Shown piece by piece: positions 18,739 to 28,985 of a stretch of DNA of 64,000 nt. Both the position numbers and the translations under genes were made by a program. A model generated the notes under the pieces. That model did not search any database, was not told the origin of the DNA, and worked only from the letters and a program-made list of their open reading frames with translations. The stretch is from Promethearchaeota archaeon (GTDB lineage: Archaea; Asgardarchaeota; Lokiarchaeia; Sigyniarchaeales; SOKP01): NCBI GenBank assembly GCA_048937405.1, contig JBHLNF010000006.1, positions 199,819-263,818 on the forward strand. The letters run 5' to 3'. The stretch's first letter is position 1. Each line of letters begins with the position of its first letter.

Positions 18739-19959
18739 TTGTTTGGATTGGTAAAGTTAGAATTAACAGCCTTAAATAAAGGAAGTGTCTATCTAGGGGA
18801 TAAACTTAATGTAAAGGTCAATTTTAACTTTGAAGAAAAAACAGATATTCTCTGGAGTGGGATTAGATTAATTACTAATCCACCTTGTGCCAAAGAACTT
18901 CAGGTTTCTAAAGAGGAGATCTTTAGTAAAGGAACTTTTGAACCTGGAGAATATATACGTGAAAAATCGATTTTAATAAAAAATAATATTGTCCCTACTA
19001 TAGAAAATAGAAATCTCAAATACTTTTTAAAATTAATTTTAAGACAACCAAATCCAATCAATCCAGAAGAAGATTTGATTATTAACAAGTCCCATGATGT
19101 TGAGATAAAAGCCAGAAATTCTGGACTTCAAGTTAAAACACCAAAACCAATTTCATTTTCAATATCAGGACTTAATATACTTCTTACTAAAGATATTTAT
19201 AAACCTGGAGAGACTATAAAAGTTGGTTATACTTCAGAAGAACTTAAACAAATCGAAATCAGATTACTCCAAAATTCAAACTTGGTTTGTTTTTGTGAAG
19301 CCTATGGTGATAATTGCAGTAAGGTTGAGGAACTTCCACCTGCAATTGCGGGAGATGCTAAAACACAGAATTTTGACAAAGATTTTTTACTTTTAAAGGT
19401 TCCTGAAGTAGCCGAACCAAGTCATAATTATTTATGGTCACCATCTGAAAAAGAGCAATTTGGTTTTAGATTTGGTGCTTATACAAAATGGAGTTTACTG
19501 GTAATCGGAAAGAAAAAACCAGAGTATGGTCTAGAACCTATCAGGCTCGAAGTTCCTATTACTATCTCTTCTGGTCCGATATCAACAGAAAAAACAGGCA
19601 TCGATTTATTCTCAGAAGGAACCGCTGGTGCTTCATCCTTGTTTGACGGTATTTCAAAATTCCAAAAAACCTACAAGATAATGTCAATTGATTCTGATAT
19701 TGATAAATATATCTTAAAGATAAAAAATATCTCAAAGGAAGATTTAAAAGGAGTTACAATTGTGGTTTCAGGACTTCAAGAGGGTTTGTTTGAAACCGCT
19801 CCTAATTTGACAGGTTTTAATATATGGAGAAGCGGAGAAGAAAAAGAAATTTTATATGAAACAAAACAAAATATTACCGCGCTTATTTCAATTTTTGAAG
19901 ATAATAGTCAACAACGTATTAGAATCCAATCTCCAGTAACGGTGATAAACTTTTTTTAA
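18739..19959 (+). CDS. Hypothetical all-beta protein, arrestin/Vps26-like tandem beta-sandwich plus C-terminal domain
   Basis: Two beta-sandwich-like repeats (GSVYLGDKLNVKVNF; KDIYKPGETIKVGY...IRLEVPITI). The fold assignment is inference. Confidence 0.5.
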   Translation: MFGLVKLELTALNKGSVYLGDKLNVKVNFNFEEKTDILWSGIRLITNPPCAKELQVSKEEIFSKGTFEPGEYIREKSILIKNNIVPTIENRNLKYFLKLILRQPNPINPEEDLIINKSHDVEIKARNSGLQVKTPKPISFSISGLNILLTKDIYKPGETIKVGYTSEELKQIEIRLLQNSNLVCFCEAYGDNCSKVEELPPAIAGDAKTQNFDKDFLLLKVPEVAEPSHNYLWSPSEKEQFGFRFGAYTKWSLLVIGKKKPEYGLEPIRLEVPITISSGPISTEKTGIDLFSEGTAGASSLFDGISKFQKTYKIMSIDSDIDKYILKIKNISKEDLKGVTIVVSGLQEGLFETAPNLTGFNIWRSGEEKEILYETKQNITALISIFEDNSQQRIRIQSPVTVINFF

Positions 19960-19961
19960 CT

Positions 19962-20555
19962 TCAATTTACAGTTGTAGCTAATTTATTTTCGTAGTATTT
20001 ATTTAATATTTGCACCAAAATATCTTCAAAGCTCTCTAATATTCCTTCTCCCTTTAAGGCACTTGTATATCTTGTATCAATATTTTTATATTTCTGGTAT
20101 CTTATTTCTTTTAGGAAATCTACAGAATTGAACTTATATTCTAAATCTTGTTTATTAAATGCAATAATAATTGGAAGACTGTTAATTGATTCCTTGAAAT
20201 ATGAAATTAATTCATTCCAAGAAATTAGATTTCTGTCATATACTTCCTCATCAGAATCTATTACAAATATTACCCCGTCTACAGCCCTTAAAGTAATAGC
20301 CCGTGTTACAAAATAGAAGTCTTGTCCAGTAGTAGTATATATATGAATTTTTAGATTCCATTCTTGATTTTGAAAGGTAATCGTGCCATAATCAAAAAAT
20401 AAGGTCCTTTCAACAGTGCTTTCAATGCTACATAGTGCATCTTCTTTTCCAAATTGCGAAAATAAAGATTTTATTGAGGTGGTTTTTCCTGACATTGCAG
20501 GTCCAAAATAGACAATTTTAATACTTATAGTTTTTGCCAAATAATCTATTATCAA
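19962..20555 (-). CDS. MglA-like small GTPase
   Basis: KIVYFGPAMSGKTT, ERTLFFDY, TTTGQ, DGVIFVIDS, NKQDL and SALKGEG motifs. Confidence 0.85.
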   Translation of the reverse strand: MIIDYLAKTISIKIVYFGPAMSGKTTSIKSLFSQFGKEDALCSIESTVERTLFFDYGTITFQNQEWNLKIHIYTTTGQDFYFVTRAITLRAVDGVIFVIDSDEEVYDRNLISWNELISYFKESINSLPIIIAFNKQDLEYKFNSVDFLKEIRYQKYKNIDTRYTSALKGEGILESFEDILVQILNKYYENKLATTVN

Positions 20556-20678
20556 TCTAATCTCGATACGCTTTTAATTGTTAATTTTAATATAGCTTTA
20601 AAAAAACCATGTTTTTCTATTATCATTTATAAAAATGAAATATAAGGATGGGAAAGGAAATTTCTTCTTTAGGATAGT

Positions 20679-21056
20679 TTAAAAAATGAGTCTATCTCCA
20701 TCAATTTTATATGGGATAAGATCTCTTAATATTAATATCTCAACTTCTCTTTTTAAAATATCAGTACTCAGATTAATTTCAGTTTCTTTTTGAAGAATTT
20801 TACTTAGTTTTTGGAAACTTATTGAATTATGATTAGTCGATAGTCCAGCAATAACTTTTAGTATATTTTGTTGGTTATATAGCGAGTGAATATTAGAATC
20901 TAACTGGTATAATCTATGAGTGAGATTATAATTAAAATTACTCTCTTTCTCTATGACTTTCAATTTTTCAATTTGAGAGAGAGCTTCTCGATACTTTTCG
21001 TTCTGCATTAATTTTTGAATCTGGTTTAGATGGTCTATGAAATCCTGAGTATTCAT
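20679..21056 (-). CDS. Small helical protein with PCI-like winged helix
   Basis: C-terminal ISFQKLSKIL...ILKREVEILILRDLIPYKIDGDRLIF resembles the PCI winged-helix pattern. Confidence 0.5.
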   Translation of the reverse strand: MNTQDFIDHLNQIQKLMQNEKYREALSQIEKLKVIEKESNFNYNLTHRLYQLDSNIHSLYNQQNILKVIAGLSTNHNSISFQKLSKILQKETEINLSTDILKREVEILILRDLIPYKIDGDRLIF

Positions 21057-21310
21057 ATAGAATCAACTTTAAATATATGCTATCTTAAATGATGTTTTAA
21101 AAAAATACTTAATCTAATAATATTTTTTCTATTATTATTTCTGCCTTAACTCCTATTTAAGTCCAATATCTTAGCAAGAGTACTTTTGAATGAATTAATC
21201 ATAAAGAATTTAACTATTAAATTTAATAAAATAGCAGAGATTTTTCATAAGTAATTTATACATATATCTTTAATTAAATTGAGAACTTATAAGAAAAAAA
21301 AAAATATAAA

Positions 21311-23191
21311 CTAATTTTGGAGTTTTTTAAATTGCTTGTTTTTTTTCGAAAGTATCAATATAATTCCAAAAGAACTTAATAATAGAATGATAAGACTATA
21401 TCCAGGAATTCCCCTTTCAGGTTCCAAGATTTGGACAATCACTGTATCGGAGATTCCAAAATTATATTGATCATCATAAAATTCAATAGTGTAATTGAAA
21501 TATCCAGGGTTTGTTCTGTTAATTGGTATATTCAAAGCTGTATTATTTGACCATGAACTCCAATCAACCCATGTATAATAATCCCCATTTGTATCATTCG
21601 CTAGAACTCGATAATTTCCGCTTCCAAAATCATCAATCAGAGTCCAATTAATCGTTTCAGAACCCCCCATAGAAGTTATAATTTCTAACGGATGATTTGA
21701 GGTTGGAGGGGGATTTTCTATTTTTTGGGCATAAATATCTTCATCTCCATTTCTATAATCTTCCCATACTATAATAACTGTTCCAGCACCGTCAGTGATA
21801 ATTTGAGGAGAATATTTGGTCTCATCTGCTACACATATAGGTAACCCATTAACCACCCATTTAAAGTCGCCATTTAAATCAACACGTTGGGCATATATAT
21901 CGTTCTTACTTCCAGATCGATAATCTTGCCATGTAATAATAGCTCCATCTGCTCCATCACTACAAATTTGAGGATTACCCTGACCATAATCTGCTGTACA
22001 TATTGCTTTTCCATCATGCACCCATGTAATTGTTCCATTTAAATTAATATGTTGAGCATAAATATCATTATTACTTCCAGTTCTAGAGTCTGTCCATACT
22101 ATAATCGCCCCATCCGTTCCAACACTATAAATTTGTGGTGCACCCTGATTTTCAATCGCAGTGCATATAGCTGTCCCATTAACATCCCAGCTTGTTGTTC
22201 CACCTGAATCAATGCGTTGAGCATAAATATCCCTATTAGTGGAGCCTTCTCTTTCATCTTCCCACGCAATAATAGCCCCTCCTGCCCCATCATTACAGAG
22301 TTCAATATAATGCTGATAGCGATTCTCTTTACAAACTGCGATTCCGTTACCCTCCCATTGCACTGCTCCATCTGAATCAATACACTGAACATAAATTCCT
22401 TCATCCCCATTTCTATCATCTTCCCATGCAATAATAGCACCTTCAGCTCCATCTTTATAAATTTGAGGGAAATTTTGATTATGGTTTTCTGTACAAATCG
22501 CTGTACCGTTTAAAGTCCATAAGCTTGTTCCGCTTGCATCAATACGTTGAGCATAAATATCAGTATTAGTTCCATGTCTATTATCTTCCCATGTTATAAT
22601 AGCTCCTCCTGCTCCATCACTGCAAATTTGAGGATTGTTTTGATTATCAATCTTATTACAAATAACTGTACCGTTAGCGTTCCATTGTACTGATCCATTT
22701 GAATCTATTCGTTGGGCATAAATATCATAAGTTGCTCCATTCCTTTCATCTTGCCATGTAATAATAGCCCCACCTGCTCCATCATTGCAGATTTGAGGAT
22801 TCCACTGGCCATAATTTGCTGTACATATACCTGTACCGTTGACTTCCCAACGTAAGATCCCATTTGAATCAATGTGCTGTACGTAGATATCCTCACCTGT
22901 TGTTAAATAATTAATATTATCTTGCCATGTGATAATAACTCCACCTGCTCCATCACTGCATATTTGATGGTTCTCTTGATCTAACGGTTTTACACAAACC
23001 TGACTGCCATTTTCATTCCATGCAATCTTTTGCGACATAAATGGTAATTCTCTAAAATTTTTATCCGAAGTTTTATAAATATCCGTGACTGTTGAGCTAC
23101 TAAATGAAGTAAAAGTGAAGATGGTTGTAATTCCAAGTAAAGTTATAGAAAACAATATAATATATAATTTATTCTTATAATTCTTTTTCAT
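21311..23191 (-). CDS. Cell-surface beta-propeller-like repeat protein with IPGY C-terminal anchor
   Basis: Signal peptide, about eight ~55-aa repeats (PQICSDGAGGAIITWxDxR...DIYAQRIDxxG...WxxNG), and C-terminal GIPGY-TM-KKNKQFKK. Confidence 0.85.
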   Translation of the reverse strand: MKKNYKNKLYIILFSITLLGITTIFTFTSFSSSTVTDIYKTSDKNFRELPFMSQKIAWNENGSQVCVKPLDQENHQICSDGAGGVIITWQDNINYLTTGEDIYVQHIDSNGILRWEVNGTGICTANYGQWNPQICNDGAGGAIITWQDERNGATYDIYAQRIDSNGSVQWNANGTVICNKIDNQNNPQICSDGAGGAIITWEDNRHGTNTDIYAQRIDASGTSLWTLNGTAICTENHNQNFPQIYKDGAEGAIIAWEDDRNGDEGIYVQCIDSDGAVQWEGNGIAVCKENRYQHYIELCNDGAGGAIIAWEDEREGSTNRDIYAQRIDSGGTTSWDVNGTAICTAIENQGAPQIYSVGTDGAIIVWTDSRTGSNNDIYAQHINLNGTITWVHDGKAICTADYGQGNPQICSDGADGAIITWQDYRSGSKNDIYAQRVDLNGDFKWVVNGLPICVADETKYSPQIITDGAGTVIIVWEDYRNGDEDIYAQKIENPPPTSNHPLEIITSMGGSETINWTLIDDFGSGNYRVLANDTNGDYYTWVDWSSWSNNTALNIPINRTNPGYFNYTIEFYDDQYNFGISDTVIVQILEPERGIPGYSLIILLLSSFGIILILSKKNKQFKKLQN

Positions 23192-23623
23192 ATCTCACAC
23201 TTCTGTATAAGATTTCTTATGTATAAAGTGATTTAAGCATAAATGTATTTTTTTAATATTTATACCTTTTTGTTAGATAATTCCATGTAATACCATATCT
23301 CAAAATTATTTAATAATATAGTCAGAAAATCAATAGAAGAAAAGAGGAAACTTGGTCTTCATCCAAAAAAACACCTTTAATTTTTTAAAGAATAATGTTT
23401 TAGAGAGTGCAAATTTCAAAAAGGTTATGTAAAAATTCAAGTCTAAACTTGTTATTAGAAAAGAATGATATTGATATATTTTTTATCATTAGTTTTTAGT
23501 GGAAACTCCTTGTCAGAATTAACTGCAATTCGCAAAAATTAATAAAATATAAAAAGAATCCTTTAAAAGGTTATTTACCTTTTTTGTATTAAAGAATATA
23601 ATATTCAGAATTAAGTGAAAGTT

Positions 23624-23851
23624 ATGGACGAAGATAAGATAAAACAAGTTATTGATAAAATTAGGCCTCAATTACAGATGGATGGCGGGGATATCGAACT
23701 AATCAGTGTAGAAGATGATGGAATCGTAAAAGTAAAATTATTAGGTCATTGTGCTGGTTGTATGCATGCTCAACAAACTTTAACTTACGGTGTAGAGAGG
23801 GCTATAAAACAATTTGTTCCAGAAGTAAAACAAGTTGTAAACGTTGCCTAA
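23624..23851 (+). CDS. NifU C-terminal/Nfu-type Fe-S carrier
   Basis: IRPQLQMDGGDIEL and LLGHCAGCMHAQQTL motifs. ATG 23624 is preferred over GTG 23615. Confidence 0.9.
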   Translation: MDEDKIKQVIDKIRPQLQMDGGDIELISVEDDGIVKVKLLGHCAGCMHAQQTLTYGVERAIKQFVPEVKQVVNVA

Positions 23852-24061
23852 AACTATACTTTTTCTTTTTAATTTATTTTTTACTGTAAAGGATTCAGAA
23901 AAACAGACAATTTGATAAGTAAATATATTATTTTATGCTTTCTATTATTTTCAGTTTATATTTTTTGAGATTATTTTTGATACTAAGCATTATTACAAAA
24001 GTTAATTATCTATCAATAATTTCTTAGTTTATAATTTAAAACAAATATTTTTGTATAAATT

Positions 24062-25324
24062 ATGAATGACATTGAAAATAATAAAATAAAAAAATCTGAG
24101 ATTACGGAAAATCAAGAAGAGGAAAAGAAAAAATCAAAGAAAGAAGTGAGAAAAACCCAAGGTCAAATAATTCAAGAAGCACTTGGTTTAGGACCAAACG
24201 ACATCCAAGACGTTGAGAAAAAACTTTTTATTGTACGTTTTTTAGATTATTTTTCTGAAGAAACATTTGAATTTATATTCAATGATAGTGCATTAAATCA
24301 ATATATTAAACAAATAACAACCCATTTTGAAGATTTAAAAGAAAAAGGAGAAGAGGATCGTCTATTAACAAAAAGTTTTGAGTCAAAAAAGATTTTAGAT
24401 ACTGTTCATAAATTGAAAGGTAAAGGGGAAGAAATAGCCACTAGTAAAGGATTAAAAACTTCACTGCATAAACGGTTAAGAAATCTTTCTTTTTATCTTA
24501 CAATCCCTATGTTAGCTTTATTGGTAATCTCATTCATTGTACCGCCTGAGTATGCATTCTTTATTTTTCCAGTATTATGCATGTTCTGTATGATACCTCA
24601 ATTACTAAGAGGTCGAATTGTGAAAAAATGGCTTTATTTCAAGGAACAGAATAAGGATCAATTTTATACAGAAAATAGAGCAGATATAATGGTTTTAAAA
24701 AATTTTACTGGAGAAACTTTAGATCATATTAGAGCGAGATTATTGGAACTAAAAGTACCATTACAATTAATTAAATTTATGCTTTATAGTAGAGATTATG
24801 AAAATTTAAGAATAATAAATCAAAAGAATATAAGAGGCACGATGCAATATTTCTATACATTTGATTATCCGGAAGGAGTAGAACCTTTCCCAATACCTCA
24901 GAAACTTATGCAATTTCAAGGACCCATAATCCCAGAAAAAGAAAAGGAAGAAAGACCTGAGAAGAATTTTGTTGTACTTACTGAAATGAAGGGTAAGGGT
25001 GGAATAATCAATTCTTTTTTACCTACTCTCAAAGATAATCTAGCTGAAAAAATAAATGAAATGTTAAATAATTCTGAATTTAGTAAAGCTCCAAATAAAT
25101 TTAAAAATATCATACCTAATTATTCTGAAAGTATGGGAATTTATTGTATTTGTGGTGAAGTTGTTGAAATAAATAATGTACAAATATGCAACTGGAAAGA
25201 TAAATTTAGGTTTTATTTATTTGAAGCAGAACAATGCAAATGCGGAGAAACTGTATATGCCTTATCTATAATGGATGAAAGCGCTGAAGTACCTGATGAG
25301 TTAAAAGATATATTCTCAAGCTAA
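24062..25324 (+). CDS. Hypothetical membrane protein (two TM helices, C-terminal CxCG...CxCG zinc site)
   Basis: Hydrophobic hairpin around aa 143-182; CICG and CKCG near the C-terminus. Confidence 0.65.
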   Translation: MNDIENNKIKKSEITENQEEEKKKSKKEVRKTQGQIIQEALGLGPNDIQDVEKKLFIVRFLDYFSEETFEFIFNDSALNQYIKQITTHFEDLKEKGEEDRLLTKSFESKKILDTVHKLKGKGEEIATSKGLKTSLHKRLRNLSFYLTIPMLALLVISFIVPPEYAFFIFPVLCMFCMIPQLLRGRIVKKWLYFKEQNKDQFYTENRADIMVLKNFTGETLDHIRARLLELKVPLQLIKFMLYSRDYENLRIINQKNIRGTMQYFYTFDYPEGVEPFPIPQKLMQFQGPIIPEKEKEERPEKNFVVLTEMKGKGGIINSFLPTLKDNLAEKINEMLNNSEFSKAPNKFKNIIPNYSESMGIYCICGEVVEINNVQICNWKDKFRFYLFEAEQCKCGETVYALSIMDESAEVPDELKDIFSS

Positions 25325-25328
25325 ATTT

Positions 25329-26678
25329 TTATTTCCTTTTTATTTTTGAATACCATTCAAATAATAATTTATATCCTCTGACTGCTCTTTCAATTTCATT
25401 CTCAAAAGAAGGGATTTTAAGTTCTGAAGCAGATTTTATAACTCTTTTTGCACCCTCATGTTCTGCTTGTATTAGTATCGTTAATATTGGTTTATTTGGA
25501 AAGGCCTTTTTAATTTTATCAAAGATATTGAAATCGAACTCTATTTCTATAAAAAATTCTAGGGCTAATATTAAACCATCAACAGCCCTATCATTTAATA
25601 GTGTCTTTGAAGATGTGTTATAGATTTCACAAATTTTAGTACCAACAAATCGTTCAGGAGGCCAATAATCAACTGGATTACCTAACTTACACGTTGATCC
25701 TCCCACTTTATTAAGAATAATATCTTTATGTTCTTTACTTACTTTAGCTAGTGATAGACCTTGATTTCTCATTTCTTTAACAATTAGATGAATCGCTCCA
25801 GAACTCGGTCCAATTATCCCTAGGTTAGGTCCTTCTGGTTCTGGACACCATAAGAATATTTTTGCTAAATCAAATAGTTCTATATAATTTTGTACATTGA
25901 TTCCCCCTACCTCAATTAATCTTTTTTCCTTTAATTCATCTTTTCCTACATAAAAAAATAATATGGGTTTAAGAGGAGAAATATCTTTTACAGCATTAAT
26001 TATATCATTTGTGATTTCTCTTAAAAAGAGAGAAATAACTTTAGTGGTTTCATCCTCTTTAAAATACTCCAAAACATCAGCATCATTAATATCAAATCCA
26101 TACCCTAAATGGATTACTTTTGAAACAGGTAAATCCTGAGATGGTGCCCACCAACCCATAGCTCCAGCTAATCCTCCAGATTGAGCTATGAAACTAATCC
26201 CTTCTTTCAATTTCCTATGTTTTTGCATAAGATATTGCCTTACAGGGATTATGGATGTGGTAAAATTATTGTTAAAATTAATTATACCTAACATTGATGG
26301 GCCCATAAATGAAACACCATATTCCTTACTGATTTTATGTAATTTTTCTATTAAGATTGGGTCTTCATTTTCAACTCTCAATTCTGCCTCAATAGCTATA
26401 TTTCTTACACCAAACTTTGCTAATTTTTCAAAGATTTCTGCAATTTTTTTTCCCAGAACGATCACAGCTAACTCTGGAATCTCAGGTAACTCCTCTAAAG
26501 AGTGATATGATTGAATCCCTAAAATTTCATCTGCATTAGGATTTAATATAAAAAGTTTTCCTCGATAAAAAATCTCTAATAAGTTTTTCAGTATGGTATA
26601 ACTAAAGGTATAAGCTTTTCTAGAAACCCCAACTATCAAAATACTTTTAGGATTAAAGAAAGGTTCGAGATTTCTCAA
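25329..26678 (-). CDS. Acyl-CoA synthetase (NDP-forming) alpha-subunit homolog lacking the phospho-His loop
   Basis: FFNPKSILIVGVS CoA-binding domain, GPSMLG, IAQSGG and NPVD motifs. No SHTG motif. Confidence 0.8.
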   Translation of the reverse strand: MRNLEPFFNPKSILIVGVSRKAYTFSYTILKNLLEIFYRGKLFILNPNADEILGIQSYHSLEELPEIPELAVIVLGKKIAEIFEKLAKFGVRNIAIEAELRVENEDPILIEKLHKISKEYGVSFMGPSMLGIINFNNNFTTSIIPVRQYLMQKHRKLKEGISFIAQSGGLAGAMGWWAPSQDLPVSKVIHLGYGFDINDADVLEYFKEDETTKVISLFLREITNDIINAVKDISPLKPILFFYVGKDELKEKRLIEVGGINVQNYIELFDLAKIFLWCPEPEGPNLGIIGPSSGAIHLIVKEMRNQGLSLAKVSKEHKDIILNKVGGSTCKLGNPVDYWPPERFVGTKICEIYNTSSKTLLNDRAVDGLILALEFFIEIEFDFNIFDKIKKAFPNKPILTILIQAEHEGAKRVIKSASELKIPSFENEIERAVRGYKLLFEWYSKIKRK

Positions 26679-26898
26679 GATTAATTTCTCTTATTTCAAA
26701 TTATTTATTAAAATTCTAATTTTCTATAATCCTTCTTTTTTTAAGATATTTACTCAAGATTGAACAATATATTTTATTGTTTTAACAATAGTTTAATAAT
26801 TATTTTTCATTCGATTCTTTCTTTTTAAGTTAAAAAAGTATTTTTTCTATTAATTAAAAACTAGAACCTAATAAAAATAATCTAAAAGTTAAATTAAT

Positions 26899-27531
26899 TC
26901 ACGTTTTAGCAAATTCTAGTTCATACAAAGGAATTTCTCTTCTTTTCTTATCGTCATATAATGGTAATCCTGATTTTTTTAATAATTCTTGAGTTTTATA
27001 CTTCAAAATTACTATTTGACAAGAACTTGCGATTTTCATACTAGCTACTCTGAGACGATCTCTTACAAGGTTCAAATTTCTTAAGTAAGTACCTACTTCA
27101 AGCACTATTTGTCCTGCACGAACTCGAGCACAAACTCCAGTAGATCTTCCAAATGAATTTCTCATACCCGATTGAACTCTATCTGCTCCCGCAAATGCCA
27201 ACATTCTATTCTCTCTATATTTTTGAAATGGTTTAGGTCGAACTCGTAATCTAAAGTTTTGTCTGCCAAGTCTTTTTTGAAGTGCACCATTAACTGTAAT
27301 TCGAATGGCTTCGAGAGTATTTGAAGAGATTTGAATTTGGGAATTGACTTTTAAACCAACTACAAGTTCCCATTCTTCCCAAGGAATTGACTTATTCCCA
27401 CCCCAGTATCTTACAATCTTGCTCTGAGCTCCACCACGAGCAAACTCTCGTCTACGATTTGAGCTTCTCTTGTATTGAAAAGGTCTCCTGCTCCAATGCG
27501 AGTAACACCTCCATGGACGCTTATGTGCCAA
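26899..27531 (-). CDS. rpl10e: 50S ribosomal protein L10e (uL16)
   Basis: RPWRCY, LEAIRI and RENRMLAFAGADRVQSGMRNSFG motifs. Confidence 0.95.
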   Translation of the reverse strand: MAHKRPWRCYSHWSRRPFQYKRSSNRRREFARGGAQSKIVRYWGGNKSIPWEEWELVVGLKVNSQIQISSNTLEAIRITVNGALQKRLGRQNFRLRVRPKPFQKYRENRMLAFAGADRVQSGMRNSFGRSTGVCARVRAGQIVLEVGTYLRNLNLVRDRLRVASMKIASSCQIVILKYKTQELLKKSGLPLYDDKKRREIPLYELEFAKT

Positions 27532-27797
27532 AAAATCACCTTTCGAGTGAAGATATATAGTTGTTTTTCAAAATTTATATTATTAATAAGAGTTGAAAAT
27601 ATCGTATTTCTAATAAGTTTTATTATAATTGGAACTCTAAAAGGTTCTTTAAAAGTTTTTAAAGAGTATTTTGATATATGATTTATTTTAATAATAATCA
27701 AAATTAAATTACGTCTATATTTAAGTCTCATAGAGAATAACTAAAAAATACTTACTTAATAAAAATATAAAAATATTTGATTATTATTGAGAGATTT

Positions 27798-28934
27798 ATG
27801 ATTGATAGGGAAATAATCTTAAAACAGAAGACGGAATTACTGTGTAAAGGATTATACTTAGATAGTAAACTTATAACACAATATAAAAAACAAGGAATAA
27901 ATTTAGATTTTGGTCGAAAAGGTGGAGCAGGTCCACTTGGGGGAAGATACTTTATATTGGAGGATGGTAGGACTTTAGTAAATGTCGCTCTTTGGAATGA
28001 TAAAAATAAAAGCAATTTAGGATTAAAAGTAAAAAATAAACATTTATTTGAAGTATATGATATCCATGATAAGCAATTATTCGGTAATTTAACTCTGGTT
28101 AGGAATCCTAAGTTTTATGAGTTAAAAACTTCTGATGGAATTGATATGAATAGAATTGCTTTAGTTCATGGTGTTGATTGTTTGGCCAGTACTATTTATC
28201 AAAAATGTATCTATTGGGCTTGTGGAGAACCTTGTAAATTTTGTGGTATTGAATTGAGTCTGCAATATGACACAACAATAGAGGAAAAAACACCTAAACA
28301 AATGTTAGAAGTAATTTCAGCAGCGAAAAATGAAGGGCGATGCTCCCATATGACACTGACTAGTGGAACTGATGAAAATATTGATAAAGGTGCAAATCGT
28401 TACATTGAACTCTTAAAGAACATAAGAAATAGCTACCCAGCTCTCCCTCTACATGTACAAATCGAAGCCTTAGAGGATATGAGTTACATCGATAAGTTAA
28501 AAAAGGCTGGTGCTGACACGATTGGAATTCATATCGAAGTTTTGAATGATAAGCTAAGAAAGGAGATTACTCCTGGAAAATTTAGTCTTTCTTATGAATT
28601 GTATGAAATGAATTGGAAACATGCTCTTGATGTTTTTGGGGAAAATCAAGTTAGTAGTTATGTTTTAACGGGATTTGGAGAATCTAAAGTTGAGTTCATA
28701 GAGGATGTAGAAAAAATTATCTCAATTGGAGTTATTCCCTATATAACTCCTGTAAGGGCAATTCCTGGCAAAATGGATTTGCCTAATACCGACTACCATG
28801 ATTTATTGGAAATTTATAGAAGAAGTGGAAAATTGATGAGGAAATATGGAGTAAATCCTTTGAAAAATAAAGCGGGTTGTGTAAGATGTGGTGGTTGTTC
28901 GGCAATTAATGAAGCATATATAGAATCAAGATAA
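27798..28934 (+). CDS. Radical SAM protein, MSMEG_0568-like family
   Basis: RKGGAGP, LVHGVDCLASTIYQKCIYWACGEPCKFCGIE and C-terminal AGCVRCGGCS motifs. Confidence 0.8.
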   Translation: MIDREIILKQKTELLCKGLYLDSKLITQYKKQGINLDFGRKGGAGPLGGRYFILEDGRTLVNVALWNDKNKSNLGLKVKNKHLFEVYDIHDKQLFGNLTLVRNPKFYELKTSDGIDMNRIALVHGVDCLASTIYQKCIYWACGEPCKFCGIELSLQYDTTIEEKTPKQMLEVISAAKNEGRCSHMTLTSGTDENIDKGANRYIELLKNIRNSYPALPLHVQIEALEDMSYIDKLKKAGADTIGIHIEVLNDKLRKEITPGKFSLSYELYEMNWKHALDVFGENQVSSYVLTGFGESKVEFIEDVEKIISIGVIPYITPVRAIPGKMDLPNTDYHDLLEIYRRSGKLMRKYGVNPLKNKAGCVRCGGCSAINEAYIESR

Positions 28935-28985
28935 TGATAAAAAAAAGGAAAAAAATAAAATCTAACTTTTCTATAAAAAATTCTC

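Noticed and set aside
23299-23380. Possible gene-end remnant (SKLFNNIVRKSIEEKRKLGLHPKKHL*) on the + strand
   Set aside because: It is too short, has no start, and has no recognisable parent in the window.
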